Assembly (NCBI RefSeq): GCF_008831285.2
Contig: NC_045138.2
Coordinates: 24,676,001-24,740,000, forward strand
DNA from: Nymphaea colorata
Taxonomy: Eukaryota
Reading direction: 5' to 3'
DNA: 64,000 nt
The notes beneath the pieces are model-generated. The model was not told where the DNA came from and made no database searches. It was given only the letters and a program-made list of their open reading frames with translations. The position numbers were made by a program, and so were the translations under genes. Below are positions 51,528 through 64,000 of the stretch, piece by piece; positions within the stretch are counted from its first letter, which is position 1; each line of letters opens with the position of its first letter.

Positions 51528-52430
51528 CTCAGGCCCTCCCCTGCAAAAGAGATGGAGGTAACGGAAGGGACTATAGAAGCAGAGGGCTTAGTTCTCCCTA
51601 TGTCAAGAGAGAAACAGAGGGACTGTTGAAGTGAGATGAAAGAAGGGGAAAGCTGGGAATGGCCACGCTTCTTGAGGCCGCGTGAAAGAGGAGGAAAGCT
51701 AGGGAGAAAAGAAAGGGTGGTGGCAGTTTTAGCGTGGAAGGAGCCTGGCCTGGCTCTCTCAATCTCTGTGATACCGCATTTAAAGGGGAGGAAGCCTAAT
51801 TCGGCATGTTTGCTGGGGGGTGCAAAGAGCCCGTTCTGTTAGGCCCGCCTCCCAAGCCTTTAAGATCTTGAACAGATTCATCTAGGTGACCCTCAAGCAA
51901 GAGAATCATGGGCAGTAAATTTCTAGATATTCTCCTCTTCCTAAAAAGGGAAAAAGCAGCTTGCCCTTGCCCTGCTGGTAGAAACTTCAAGTCACCTTTC
52001 GTTGCGCTGCCTCCTGCAAAAGCTTCAGCAGCCATCAAATATCCCTTTCGGCCTGTAGCCTCGGCTCAAGTGGGGATGTTGCCTGTTGGGCTGCACCTAA
52101 TAGGCCGGCTCAAGTGGTTGCTAGTTCAAGTCTTAACAGCGCCTGATAGCCTGAGATAGTTTAAGTAGAAGATCAAGAAAGGAAGGCCTCGATCCCCTTG
52201 CCTGGGCTTGGTGTGGTGCCACACGCCACAATGCTAGCTGGGACTGTTGATCGAAAGTCCAAGCTTCATGTGCACTCACATTTTTATTAGTCAAGACAAG
52301 TCCTTACCTGGCAGCTAGAGATGTTCATGCAGTTTGGTGCACTTGGGCAGACATGTCTCTCGTGTTATTTGACTTCCCATGAGGTAACCAATACAGCCCT
52401 AGACCATGCAAACAAGGAGAAAGAACTCGC

Positions 52431-52656
52431 TTCGGCTCTTTTTTAGTAGTGGGTCGTAGTTCTTTTGTTCACCCAGAAAATCAATAAGAATGACTTTGAT
52501 CCTACACCCGTTTTGGTAATAACTTCTCTTGGCATATCCTTTGCTTAGGCTCTTTTTTGAGCAGCGGATCATAATTCTTTCGTTCACAAAGAAATTGAAT
52601 AATAACTTCCGTCCTACTCCCATTTTGGTAACAACTTGCCTTGGCATATCCTTTCC
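52431..52656. repeat. Diverged tandem duplication (~115 bp x2) upstream of ABCG
   Basis: 'ggctctttttt....tcctac.cc..ttttggtaa.aactt...ttggcatatccttt' occurs twice. Confidence 0.75.
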
Positions 52657-54395
52657 CAAATGCATCTTGATCGACCTAAATAGATAGACTCGACGAACTT
52701 GATTTTACGTAAATGTTTTCTTAAAGAATTTGGAAAACCAAGAAAAGCAGGAACATTCCTGCGCCATCCTGAACCAGAATATTCATATATGGATGTTGAG
52801 TTTCAATGCGAGCAATATCTACCCGGAATGTTGGTTCTGTCAAGTCCTACAGTGGATCACGTAACGTTGGAGCTCACTCAACCATGTGGTCATGGTTAGC
52901 CCAGTTTGGATCTGGGAGTCTTAGTCTGCCGCATCATTAACCCAGTGAATATGTGAACTTTTGCTTTCAGCTTCGACTGGCCTAAAAGTGGACCAGACTT
53001 GAGCGGCGGTTTGGTCCAACTTCAACCAGGTCGAGCCCTGCATGCAATTGGGTCGCATTAAAGAAGATGCTAGAGTCGAACCCAGTCAGCGACTGGTCCA
53101 GTATTTCATGAGGCATCGCCAACGGGTCGTACCTAATAATTTTTTCGATAACCAACTTGCCTATCATGTACCCAAATACGGCGCAAGAATTAACACCAAC
53201 TTGCCTATCTCTCCTATTCATATTGTCTTACTTCGAGAAATCTTGTTCTTGGCCCTTGCACTTGTTCTTGCTATTCTAAGAACATTTTCCCTGTGATTTG
53301 TTGGAAGTAAACCTGCAGCACGTGGCTCCGCTTCCACCTTTTCGGAATATTGTGGCATCCATTTCTAAAGTATGTGTGCCGATCCACTTGGAGATGGCCA
53401 GCTTTAGGGAGTGGAAAATAAATGAATCAGAATAGGGTTCCGCCTAACTACTTGATGAAAAGATTCCAAAACCAATATAACCAAAAAATCTAACAAATTA
53501 ATGTTAACACCGATGAGAGCATTGGTACATTTTTCCTTGGGCGCCACGGACACCTGAATACACATCACTGTTTCAAAATGAGATGTTAACGTCCACTACA
53601 TAGCCGACATCATATCCAGGCGAAATGTGGGGTTGAAGAGTGGAGCGGCGCCCACATGATCGGTCATATTCAATATGACTCACTGCTTTGCCTTTAAGCT
53701 CACGACTGTCCCTTTCTTCGCCCATATACCTTGAGTGTGCTGTTCTTCAGCTTAATATATCTGATCTTTGTTGTCTTGGGGCTTTAGAACAGTCAAAAGA
53801 AATGAAGGGTTTGTACATACATTGCAAAGAATCTTATAAAGCAATTCTCTTGAATGTATTGGGCCGAGGGAACGGTGCTTCTGTCAGATCTCAAAGGAGG
53901 TGGTGGTGCCACCACGGGCTTATTCAAACCTAACTTAAATGCATATAAATATCTTTTTGGCCTTTCCTCAAGTAAAAAAATTTCACATAAAAGGGTCCCT
54001 CCTGACTGAGATCTGTGTATCGACCACAGCCATTAGTTTCACTTACGCAATCACGCATTTACGCGTATGGCTAGGCTAGGGGTAGCTATCACTTTGGCTG
54101 TTTGCTTAAACATCTAAAGCGCTACCCACTACACCAAACCCCCTGAGGCTGAACTTTTCTAGTTCTATCAACCAATTCCCGTGTGAAACCACTCCAGGAA
54201 ATGCCTGGTTTCCATTTAGATTTCCAATTTTGACTACAGAGGTTCACGGCTATGTATCTAAACATGGAAACAGGCCAATGGACTAGATTTAAGAATTCAG
54301 CATCGAAGGCAAAATCCAGTCAGCCTACTTGTTTGTCATCGATGCGCCTAAACGTGTTCGGCCTGCAATTTTGATTGGCATAAAGAAAAATTTAA

Positions 54396-54665
54396 GGGGC
54401 CGTTTGTATGTTTGGCACCCCCACTTAACTCGGTTTTGTGAAAACATGCAGTTGTGGAAACCAGGTTCTTTTATTAAGTTTTTAAAACTTGGTTTACGTG
54501 TCGCTGTGACATGTTCAAAACCAAGTTTTAGGTTTTTATCTCCCTTTTGGAAAAATCAGGCTTCGTTGAAACTGGGTTCTTCTCAAACCCAATTTTTATG
54601 TTATCCAAATATTCCGAAAACACTGTCTTCGGGGCAAAACCAGGTTTTGCATCTAAACCCACCCC
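54396..54665. mobile_element. Tourist-like MITE
   Basis: TAA + GGGGCCGTTTG left end and degenerate right end TAAACCCACCCC. Resembles ~8200-8495 in reverse. Confidence 0.45.
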
Positions 54666-54902
54666 TACTCCCGTTTGCGACACTACCATGTACGCTTTCA
54701 TGGCCTTATCTCCGCCTACCTCGCAAAAGAAAAATTTTGACCGGAAGGTAGGAATGGCGGATTAGAGAACAAATTTCACATTTCTGTTGCCTTTCTTTTA
54801 CCAGCAAACTAGCCCGCGGCGATATATGCGAGAGGAATGTGGATCTGTAAGGTTATTGTTTGTTCTTCTTCATGGTTTTGGTGATTGGCGGTGGTGGCGT
54901 CA

Positions 54903-55088
54903 ATGGGGCTGGGCCTGGAAATAGCGATGGCGGCAATCGGCTTATGGGCTGTCTTCGTGAGGCCGCGGCTGGTAAGATTTGCTGGCGAAATGGTGGACGT
55001 TTGGTGGGACGCACTGCAGAGGACTGTGAGAAGAAGGCCTTCTACCATCTTCTCTACTTGCCTTCCATATCCAAGCTTCTTCATGTGA
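54903..55088 (+). CDS. Putative small protein (61 aa) with hydrophobic N-terminus
   Basis: MGLGLEIAMAAIGLWAVFVRPRLVRFAGEMVDVWWDAL... in a GC-rich island. TATA-like 'gatatatg' at ~54821 and a strong donor (AAG|GTAATC) just after the stop. Confidence 0.45.
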   Translation: MGLGLEIAMAAIGLWAVFVRPRLVRFAGEMVDVWWDALQRTVRRRPSTIFSTCLPYPSFFM

Positions 55089-55572
55089 AGGTAATCACAG
55101 AAATTCACCTTCTCTAACAACAGAAAGTCCTGGTTTTTTTCCACATGCCCACCTGTTTTTCATAAGGTTGGGTAGTCTATTGATAAGAAATGTAGATATT
55201 TTCATATGTAAAACATAGTAGAAGAAAAGCCATCAGCTAACATCTACGTGAATGATCTTCCATCCGGTGGATCTTTGAGTTTCCTTTTTCTGTTTTTAAT
55301 TCTGATATGACACTCTGCATGAGCTCGCTTCTGCATTGGCGAACGTACATGCTGTATACAGTCTCAACTTTCAAGCAATCAACTACTGGTTCATGCCTCT
55401 TGCTTTTGTTCTCTTTCAGTTATGAGTTTTTTTGTTTTTTTTTTTCCCTTAATCCTAAGCCAAAATAAGGAGGATGAAAAGTTTAGCCATTGTACAATTT
55501 TTTATCTATGTGAGGTTGATGGTCAAATAAAATCTTTGTCTGACTTTACAGTTGTATTTGATACAAAAAGCT

Positions 55573-58500
55573 TTACTGGTCCAATAGGTTGTGGGCTGGC
55601 AAATCCCGAATTCGATGTACATCTTCTAGTGATAGTTCCCTCTCTATTTGAATCCGTGTGGTTTGCAGAACCTCCTGAAAGGGCAGAGAACAGATTATCA
55701 TCTTTCCCTGTCAGATAGGAAACGCGCAGAAATACACACAAAGGGAAAAAGCATATTGGTCATACATTGAATTCCATGTATGATGCACGCATAGCAAGCC
55801 ACTGGGCGTCCATCATCACAAAAGATATGCAATACAGCACATCGAATGCATCTTCATCCTCTGTAAATTCAAAAATAAATTTTCACAAGGCAACATTAGG
55901 AAGCGAATGCTAACTTTACTAAAACGAAACCTGAAAGTGAGGTGAAGCAACTTCAAGACATCAACCAACAAGAAAGAATTGAAATTTCACCTGACAAGAT
56001 CCTCACAAAGTTCATTCCAGGTATAGATCGTGGTCTTTCTGTATAAAGGAAACAAAGGAACATGTCAGGTAGAAATACCTTTTTCCAGGGTGTTCAGTTT
56101 TACCAATTCCATCCAGTACAGCAAGTTCAAAGAGTAGACAAAAAAGGATTAACTTCTTGAAGGCTACAATCAGTTTCGAACTATATATATAGTCAAAAAG
56201 TTTTTTCCATGCTAACTAGGATTAGCGATCACCATTGAAAGTAAACCATGCTTCCAGGTAAGCAGAAAACTACTTTATGAAGCACTTGATGCAGGCCTGA
56301 TGGATCTATGTCAATTTATGCAAGGTTTAGCATTAGCACTAGCACAAGGTTCGTTCTGAAGACACACTTATGGTCTGTTATATGGTGGAGTTTATTTTAG
56401 TGGGAAAACAACACACTTATGGTCTGTATATGGTGGAGTTGCTTTTAGTGCGAAAACAACAGAGAGGCGATGCAATATTTAGACCACCCTTCGGCATACA
56501 GTCTCAAAGAATCTACAGATTGGAATCCACGCTGTTCCAGAAGCATGCGTGATATATACAATGGGCCGTATCGTGCTTTTTCCAACATCAGAAATTGTCA
56601 GTTCATCTCTTTACCTTTCTCTGTCTAAAATCCACTAGATTTGGTATAGGCAATAAATCTTGATGCAACCACAAACATGAGAAAAGATGACTTAAAACTG
56701 CATGATTTTCCCCACTGGAAAACCTGGTGATCCTAACTAGATGTCCTGAGTCAAAGTAGATTGATTCTAAAATTTCTGAATGTCCTCAGACTTGAAATAA
56801 TTTCCTTCTGGTTCCCTGGGATTATAAGAATGCTTCATGAGGTACACCAAGCATGAACTACCAGTCATAAGTCTTCATTTGAATATTTTTTTACATGTGA
56901 AAAAACCACAACACCGCCTACCACATCACTAACCAGATAGCAAATCGAGCATCTTTATTAGCATAATTAACTAAGTGTCCTGAATGGAAGTAGATCAATT
57001 TGAAAGTTTCTGAGTGTCCTCAGACTTAAGAAAATCATTCCCTCGTTCCCTGAGATTATTGTGTTGCTCCATGCATCACTTATGCATCACTTATTTTTTT
57101 GCACATGAAGTTAGAAATTTATAGAAATCATACCACAACATTGCCTACCACATCACTAACCAGATAGCAGATCGAGCATCTTTATTAGCATAAATGAAAC
57201 ATTGATCCCAGCAACAGCAAATGGATATTCCCACATAGCTCTCGTTCCTCCCCTTTTACAGAGTAACCTTTGAAAAGATTCCTTCATCCGAAAAGAAGTG
57301 AAGTAAATTCAGATGCAACTTGACAAATGAAAAATCAAGGAGTTGCATGAGTTAGCTCTTGCTTACTGGATAGTTTCTAGCAAAAAATAGCAGATTCTCG
57401 AGAGCAGTGAACCCACAACCCCTGCACAAGAATCATACTATGTTGGTCAGAGCGCGTGAATTTCAACTTTGCATGTGATAATGAAATGAAATCCATGATA
57501 ATAGTTGAAACCAAAAGTAAATGCAATTTAAGCTCACGAAGGTTGCAGTTATAAGGGGGACATGTAAACAAAAGACATGACAATTGAGGTCACACTCAAA
57601 ATCATTGAAAGCATAAAAGAGAGGAAACGTGCTAAATTGTAAATTCATAAGCCCATCCATGGGTTTGCTTCAGCCATTGATTTTCGAAAGACGTTTTGTT
57701 GGCTTCAATATGATAACAGCATCCAAATGTAGAAATTAAAACATAGATTGATTAATAGCACCCATGTCTGGTGTGATAGAATGTTCCCTTATTGCAGATG
57801 ATACACACCTAAAGTGCATCATCCTTTAAGATCTCCCATGACACATTTTAGGTAGAAACTAGCATATGTATTTGGGGCTAGTAAATAGGACTTCTGTCCA
57901 TGATTTGGCATGGACTTGGCTTGAAAAGGGATTGCTTGAACTTTGAACTGACAAAAGTCTTGGCTAGTGAATATGAAAAACAGGTAGTTTGCTTGATTCT
58001 GCCCGAAGTCCCTTAACTAGTGTGAGATATCTATCATATATGGTATCCTACAGTATAAACATTGACATATTCAGTTTGCAAATAAAATCCATTGCTTAAG
58101 AACCTTGAAAATCAAAATAATATATGCCCAGTTGGCTTGAACAGGCTTCATGTCTTTGCTTTTCTACAATGATAAAATTTAAAGCCAGATCTAACTCTGA
58201 CCATCTAGACCTCAGCTTGACTTAATAATGCCACGACAGCACAAAACGAGTATATGAAAAGCTAAAAGGGCTCACGACCAAATGTGTAAGCTCTTTCCTA
58301 TGGTAAAGATGAAGACTAACGGTTTATCTAATGAGGACAAAAAGGGTGTAGCTTCACCTGAAGTCAGTGGCTGGATTTGGGCCTTGCCATCCCATTTCTT
58401 TCCATTGTTCAGAGATCAGGCCACTAAGATCAGTATCAGGAAATGCAGCATCCCACAGGGCTTTAAGGGCTTCCTGCCAGTTAAGGGTCCAAGTCATTGA

Positions 58501-61104
58501 TATGCACAAGCACCATCCAACACTAAACAACATTATCCAGGGAAACGTAAAAAAGTAATAAGCAGAAAAAGCCCTTTACAGAAAGATAAAACTAAAACAC
58601 CAGAGACAGATGTACTTATGAGGTATCTAGGGATCCATAAATATCTTTATCATCTTAATAGCATCGAATAGACAAATACTTGATTATCAGTATCAAAATT
58701 CCAAGTTAGGCCATTGCCGATACAGGGACTTCTTGTGTTTTAGATTATTCTATGAAATTTTGATTGGATTCCTAGATAAACAGCTAAATCCTTCTATTGG
58801 AATGAACTTCCTTCAGCCCTCAGGGTTGTCTATGGCCTTAAGACATCCCAAAAAAAAAAAAAAAGACAAGCCACTGGGTTTCTAGATTTTGTATAGCATG
58901 GATTTCCTAGAAAACAGCAAGTTCAGGCTGTTATAGACAGGCAAAAGGAGAAAAGAAGGTAAGCAAAATTTACTTGATGATCACGACACGTCTCATCATA
59001 TGGTACTTCTAATCGTTGTTGAAGCTTTTGCAATCTTTCTTCCTGTCAGGAACCAACGTATATTGAGTTTGAAATTGATAAATAAAGAAAGAAGAGATGG
59101 CAGCAAGTCAACCCAATGCAAGCATACTTCACGAAACTCTACTTGTGAATTTTAAGTATAATTCATCTGAGAGAAAAAGATACAAGTATCAGAGGAACAA
59201 TGCTTTATTCAACTGATACAGGGTACCTCCATAGAACTGTTCATGGAGGAAAAGGACCAGCAAATGCAGTATAGTTAGGCATCGTTAGCTGACAGTATCA
59301 ATCAGTCCAAGTTGCATTAGCAGAGATTTGCCTCTAATTTCTTCTTACTCATTAATATTGCCATATAGCTTATTAAACAATATGCATACATCAGGTAAGA
59401 CAAATGTATCAAATTAGAAGCAAAGAGAAACAAACTCAAAGAAAGAAAGAAATAAAAATTAGAAGAAAAGAAAAGTTCACATCTACCTGAAGAGGAGTCA
59501 ATGTAAAATCTATATTTTTTCCACTGCTTCCATGGCGCTTATTGCCGGAACGGTAGAAGAGTCCAGTAATCCATGATCGTGGCCCAACCATAGCATTAGC
59601 TGCAAGGAGAACTGCGCATATGACTACAGGAGATGCAAATTTTCAAATGTCCCTTCAAGAAGAGAAAGTTGATACTTGAGCAACTTCAGAAGGTAATGTC
59701 AGAGATGAACAATCGGTCGACTTCTGGGAATCAATCTCTAGATATTGTTTGTAACATTCCATTACAGCAAGTTCTTCTCAGTTCAAACTGAGGAATATTT
59801 CCTGTTAAATTTCATAGCCGGCTTTCCTACAAAAGAAGCTTTGATTTACTTATCATTCACTAGCTCGTCCTCTTAAAGCATGAATCATGATTCACATGGT
59901 CAATGAACGGGCATAACGGACTATCTACAGTAGAGAAACTTTACAAACACAATGCATGTATAGATACGAAGGACATGGTTTCAATATAAATCCCCTTCCT
60001 TAACCCCCTTTTGCAAGAGAAACTGTCTTTATTTTCCAACAAACTGTCTATACTCGTTTATAAGAACTTAATCCATCATCTGGGCAAATGTTGTCGCATA
60101 CCAGGACAGGTCAAGTCAAAATTTTCATATAATTTTTTTTCCTCAACATCAATATTACCAAGATCAGCATCATCAAATTCAGATCATGTAGAGATAAGAC
60201 GTATTTTCCACGGCAGCGTTCTGTCTCATGGAACTTCAATAAATTTCACAGCTATGATGTGAAAAACTATGAAACGTAATTGCCTTCATGTGCTTGGCTG
60301 AGGCGTTCTTTACAGAACAATCTGTAGTCCATGACAGAAGAAAATTGCAAGCAAAGAAAGACATCAAGAGGAAGAAAGCAGAAAACTCACCAACACATTG
60401 AGCTGACTGAGATATTACGTGAGAAAAATTATGTGCCCATGCAAGCTCCTCGCACCTACCCCTTCTCTTCCAATATAATTCATCCTCATCAACCTACTTC
60501 GTCAATAAGGATTAAGCAGTCAAAACTATATTCCCCATGTACGAAGTGAAAGAAAGACAACGAACACCACAGTTGGACTTCAAGATAAGACTCGACCATT
60601 AATGGCCAAATGGAAGTTCAGAAAGCATAACCATTGGCTATTATATTATTTTAAAACTGCGACCACGTAAACTAAAGAAACCCAACCCACCAAGAAGGAA
60701 GGAAATAAAATTTCGCTTTGCATTACATTTAGGCATCCAACCAAGTAATCAAAGTCGCTCTTCATAAACAAGTACAACCATGTTCTTGTGATTCTAAATC
60801 TGTTCTCAAGACCCCGCCTAGATGAAGCAAAAACCAAAATTGTTCTGATTTCTTTCCGCTTCTGGTGAAGTCCACATACATAAGAAAAAAACAGTGTGCC
60901 AGTATCTATCGTTAGAAGTCATTTAGGAAAAAAATACTCCCCGCTTCTATTTTTGCTCCTAAGACGTCAACTGGGAAATTTGCACATGGGCTTGAACTTT
61001 GAAAAATTATAGTGGCAAACCAACAAAGGAAAAGGAGAAAACAGAGAGCTGACCCCTATCAGGGATGAACATGAAGGAATGTACTTTCTACGTCTAATCC
61101 TCAT
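55573..61104 (-). CDS. ELMO/CED-12 domain-containing protein (ELMOD), 290 aa
   Basis: Exons 61104-61054, 60493-60391, 59599-59487, 59042-58974, 58473-58358, 57421-57367, 57281-57161, 56038-55991, 55860-55766, 55674-55573; 873 nt in frame. Motifs WKEMGWQGPNPATDFRGCG, WEYPFAVAGINVSF, MDAQWLAMRASYMEFN, ERELSLED. Possible extra 5' exon 62156-61900. Confidence 0.93.
56735..57195. repeat. ~230-bp tandem duplication spanning ELMOD exon 7 3' end and intron
   Basis: 'gcctaccacatcactaaccagatagca.atcgagcatctttattagcata' occurs at ~56916-56965 and ~57143-57192. 'tttctga.tgtcctcagactt' also occurs twice. Confidence 0.85.
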
Positions 61105-61536
61105 CTCAAGACACCTATGGAACGTCTCTCAGGTAAGTCTCGACTTCCTACTTAACAAAGAAGTAGGGCAGAGACGGTCTCAAGGAGACTGATAGCCAAC
61201 GATGCAAACTTATACCCGTTGGCACCTCATTTTTCCAAATCAACAGGGAGGAAAGCAGAATAATCATGTAAAGCAAGAAAGGAGAGCCTATTTATCGGTG
61301 ACAGAATTATGACATAGAATGCAGGTCCAAAGAAAAGATCCCACGCACATACACATGGAGACAACTTTAAGCCCGACACTACTTACAAAATTTTTCAAAA
61401 TGAGCTGCAAAAGGAAATGTAGCAGAGGGGAAAAGCGTAGCCTTTTTCCTCCAAGCACCATAGACAAGACAACACATCTCATCGACCTGCATCTTTTTAA
61501 ACTGAGATATTGGCCCTCTATCTTTTTTTCTCTATC

Positions 61537-61575
<39 letters not shown>

Positions 61576-63668
61576 ACATATATGTGCATTTGGATGGAAT
61601 TCAATCTGCAAAAACACATTTGAGTTGATTTAAGCAATTGAAATAAGCTGCCTAATACTAATACATATATTAACAAATAAATACGTGCAACTATGTAAAC
61701 CAACATGGGATCTCAGAAAAATGAGTTTCAACCAGTATACGGAGACAAAGAGATGGAATGACAGTGTACCCGATTTGCACATTGCACGTCCAAATAAAAC
61801 CAATGGGGAGAAAGTAAAACTTTAGCCGCAAGCAGATGGATTAACAATACAACAAACGTCAATCCAAAGAAAGTTTATTTGAGAGAGAGAGAGAGAGACC
61901 TGAAAAGTAACGAAAGTGGATCGACGGAAGAAAAAATCAGCGCAATGATTACGTTTTTAAGTCCTAGACAGGCATCCTCATTTGCCTTCTGGCCTTCATC
62001 TAATCCCTCTTTCTGTAACTCCACCTCCCGGCGATGGAGGGTGGTGGTGGTGGTGGTGGCGGTGACTCTCAGAGGATGACGACGAGGAGGATGGTGGCGA
62101 CGGGCTGGATGGCCGGGGACGAGGGGTTGGGTGATTGAAACAACGTGTGGATCCATCAGCAAAGGAATCCCGAATGTCGCGGAGGGACGCGAGATTGGCC
62201 CGCTCCTCGCTCATGACAATTCATAGATATTAGCTGGTGCATTCCTAACGAGCCAGGGCCAAGAATAACTGCACATTACCAGATATTGTTTTCTTGACAA
62301 AGGCACAGAAGAAGAATCTTTGATTTCCAGTCAGCATGCTATTAGCCTTTCCCTGTTTCTTCAAAAAATAACCAAAAGCAATTTGCTAAAAGGGAAAACA
62401 AATTACCAGATACATCACTGCCCAAGTCAATATACATTGTTTAGCCTTTGAACTTGTCCAGCACTAGCTAATGAATGACAGAACATTGGACTTTTCTTTT
62501 CGCTTAAAAAATTTTAAGTCTAACCGAGGCCAAGTTCTTGTCCTGAGCACCGACAATATTAGTTTGCATTACAGAAACCTAACAGAAATGCATTAACAAA
62601 GATTGATGTTTCTTTGAAATTATGAAAACCCTTCAAAGACCAAACCACTTTAATGAGAATTGGGATAAACATCAATATATTCAAAATTATAACAATTTCA
62701 TGTTCTGGTTATTTTGAAGCCGTTACAGCTAGGCATCTTGAAGGGACATGCCTCACATTTGCCTCTTTCCATTACAAAAGCATCGAATCCAAATTAGTAA
62801 ATCCAACGGCATGAACTGTCCTGGTTAAATATAAAGCAAATCAATGGGCTAATAGGTTTACCGTTCAATTAATTCTCCGTTATAGTTGTTAACCTTTTCA
62901 CCATCTGATTATTTCAAACCTTTGGTTATACCCGAGTTTGGCAGGGTCATATTCGGGTTCTGAATTTTGATCTGTAAGCAAAATCGATCCAAAATCCATC
63001 CGAAATATGTATTTACAAACGGAAGACAGATGTTGGATGATTTGAAACATCTCTCGACCTGTCGAAATATGTTGCTAAAATACCATGTTTTCTCCTTCAT
63101 CTATTGGTCTCCATCTAACCATTCTAAAGCAAGTTTTGGTACCTGGAAAAAGGTGTTGGTAACCTCATTTTAGTGCTGATTATGACGAGCCCCGAGTTTC
63201 TTCTTTCTCATGAGAATAACTTTTTAACAATATTTTTTTGCTTTTTAAGGAAAATAAATTGGCAGGCCTCAAGGGCAGGGGAAGTCTCATCCAGTTCTGC
63301 AATTTGAGCAGGCAGTCTCTCAACCCAAGTGGAGTTTCATTTGTATTAATCCAAACAGGCTGATTCTCTCGAAAACTTAGCTAAGCAGCAAAACAATGGG
63401 GAGTAACAAAACGGAACATATTTCTCATTCTCATCGAGTCCTATCAGTCTGTTACATGTCAAAAAGGGGGTTAAGTCCTGATAAGTAATTAACTGTGTAC
63501 AGTAAAATAGGTTAAAAAGGACCAACTCATGATGCCCAGTAAAAGACCAAGGGTGAAAGTCCTTGGGGAGGGAAGATGGTGGACCTGGCCACCTCTGCTC
63601 TATGATACAGAGTCTACAGACTACAGACCAAGACACGGTTGGCTGCCATTCAAAATGTATATGTGCTC

Positions 63669-63964
63669 TCATGGCACAGGGTAGGACTTGCTATTACACA
63701 TGCATTTGTAGGCCATGGGGCATGTCTCTGCTTCCTCGAGTGTTGCACACACAAAGCTGACCATCACCCGCCGGCATGGCGAGCAGGACCCGCATGCGTG
63801 CGAGCAATCCGGCAGGCTCGATCCGGCGACCTGGAGGGTGTCCGCTGCGGCTCTGGGTCTGCCGTGCCTCCCCTGAGTCCCCTCTGTCAAATACTCCGGT
63901 CTTAGCAGAGACAGCCTCTTAATTGCAGTTCTTGGCCGGGCAGCTAGCTGGTGATGGCTGCGAT
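63669..63964 (-). CDS. EPF1: EPIDERMAL PATTERNING FACTOR 1-like secreted peptide, last exon (5' part outside window)
   Basis: AGSSLPDCSHACGSCSPCRRVMVSFVCATLEEAETCPMAYKCMCNSKSYPVP*: the 8-Cys mature peptide of the EPF1 type. Acceptor CAG at 63967-63965; the signal-peptide exon lies beyond 64000. Confidence 0.9.
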
Positions 63965-64000
63965 CTGTGAACAGGATCACCAAAGCATGTACGTTATAAA

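Noticed and set aside
53730..53790. Candidate ABCG exon 1 ending TLK|GT
   Set aside because: In-frame stop upstream and no ATG. 51444-51527 (RPVTLR|GT with ATG) fits far better.
47621..63964. ABCG + ELMOD + EPF1 as an epidermis-related functional cluster
   Set aside because: Adjacency only; nothing in the sequence indicates co-regulation.

Overview
Flowering-plant nuclear DNA: spliceosomal GT-AG introns, plant gene families and MITEs. The species cannot be determined from the sequence. The left ~45 kb is a tandem segmental array: the tail of unit 0 (1-931), unit 1 (932-25133) and unit 2 (25134-~45319). Each complete unit carries two 3-exon stress-type (ATAF/NAP-like) NAC transcription factor genes on the minus strand. 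NAC-A1, NAC-A2 and NAC-B1 are intact; NAC-B2 is C-terminally truncated by a frameshift. Both unit junctions fall at the same nucleotide of a decayed, inverted copy of the last exon of the neighbouring half-size ABCG transporter gene (47621-51527, ABCG9/14/21 clade). The longest such copy (44871-~45650) forms an inverted repeat with the gene and has a 214-bp perfectly identical core. Two non-autonomous PIF/Harbinger-type elements carry captured host exon fragments, one PP1/TOPP exon 1 and one SMUBP-2-like helicase exon. The right end holds a small ORF, a 10-exon ELMO-domain gene and the 3' exon of an EPF1-like peptide gene. Gene models were built by hand from splice signals and frame arithmetic. 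Family assignments are from recalled motifs, not database searches.
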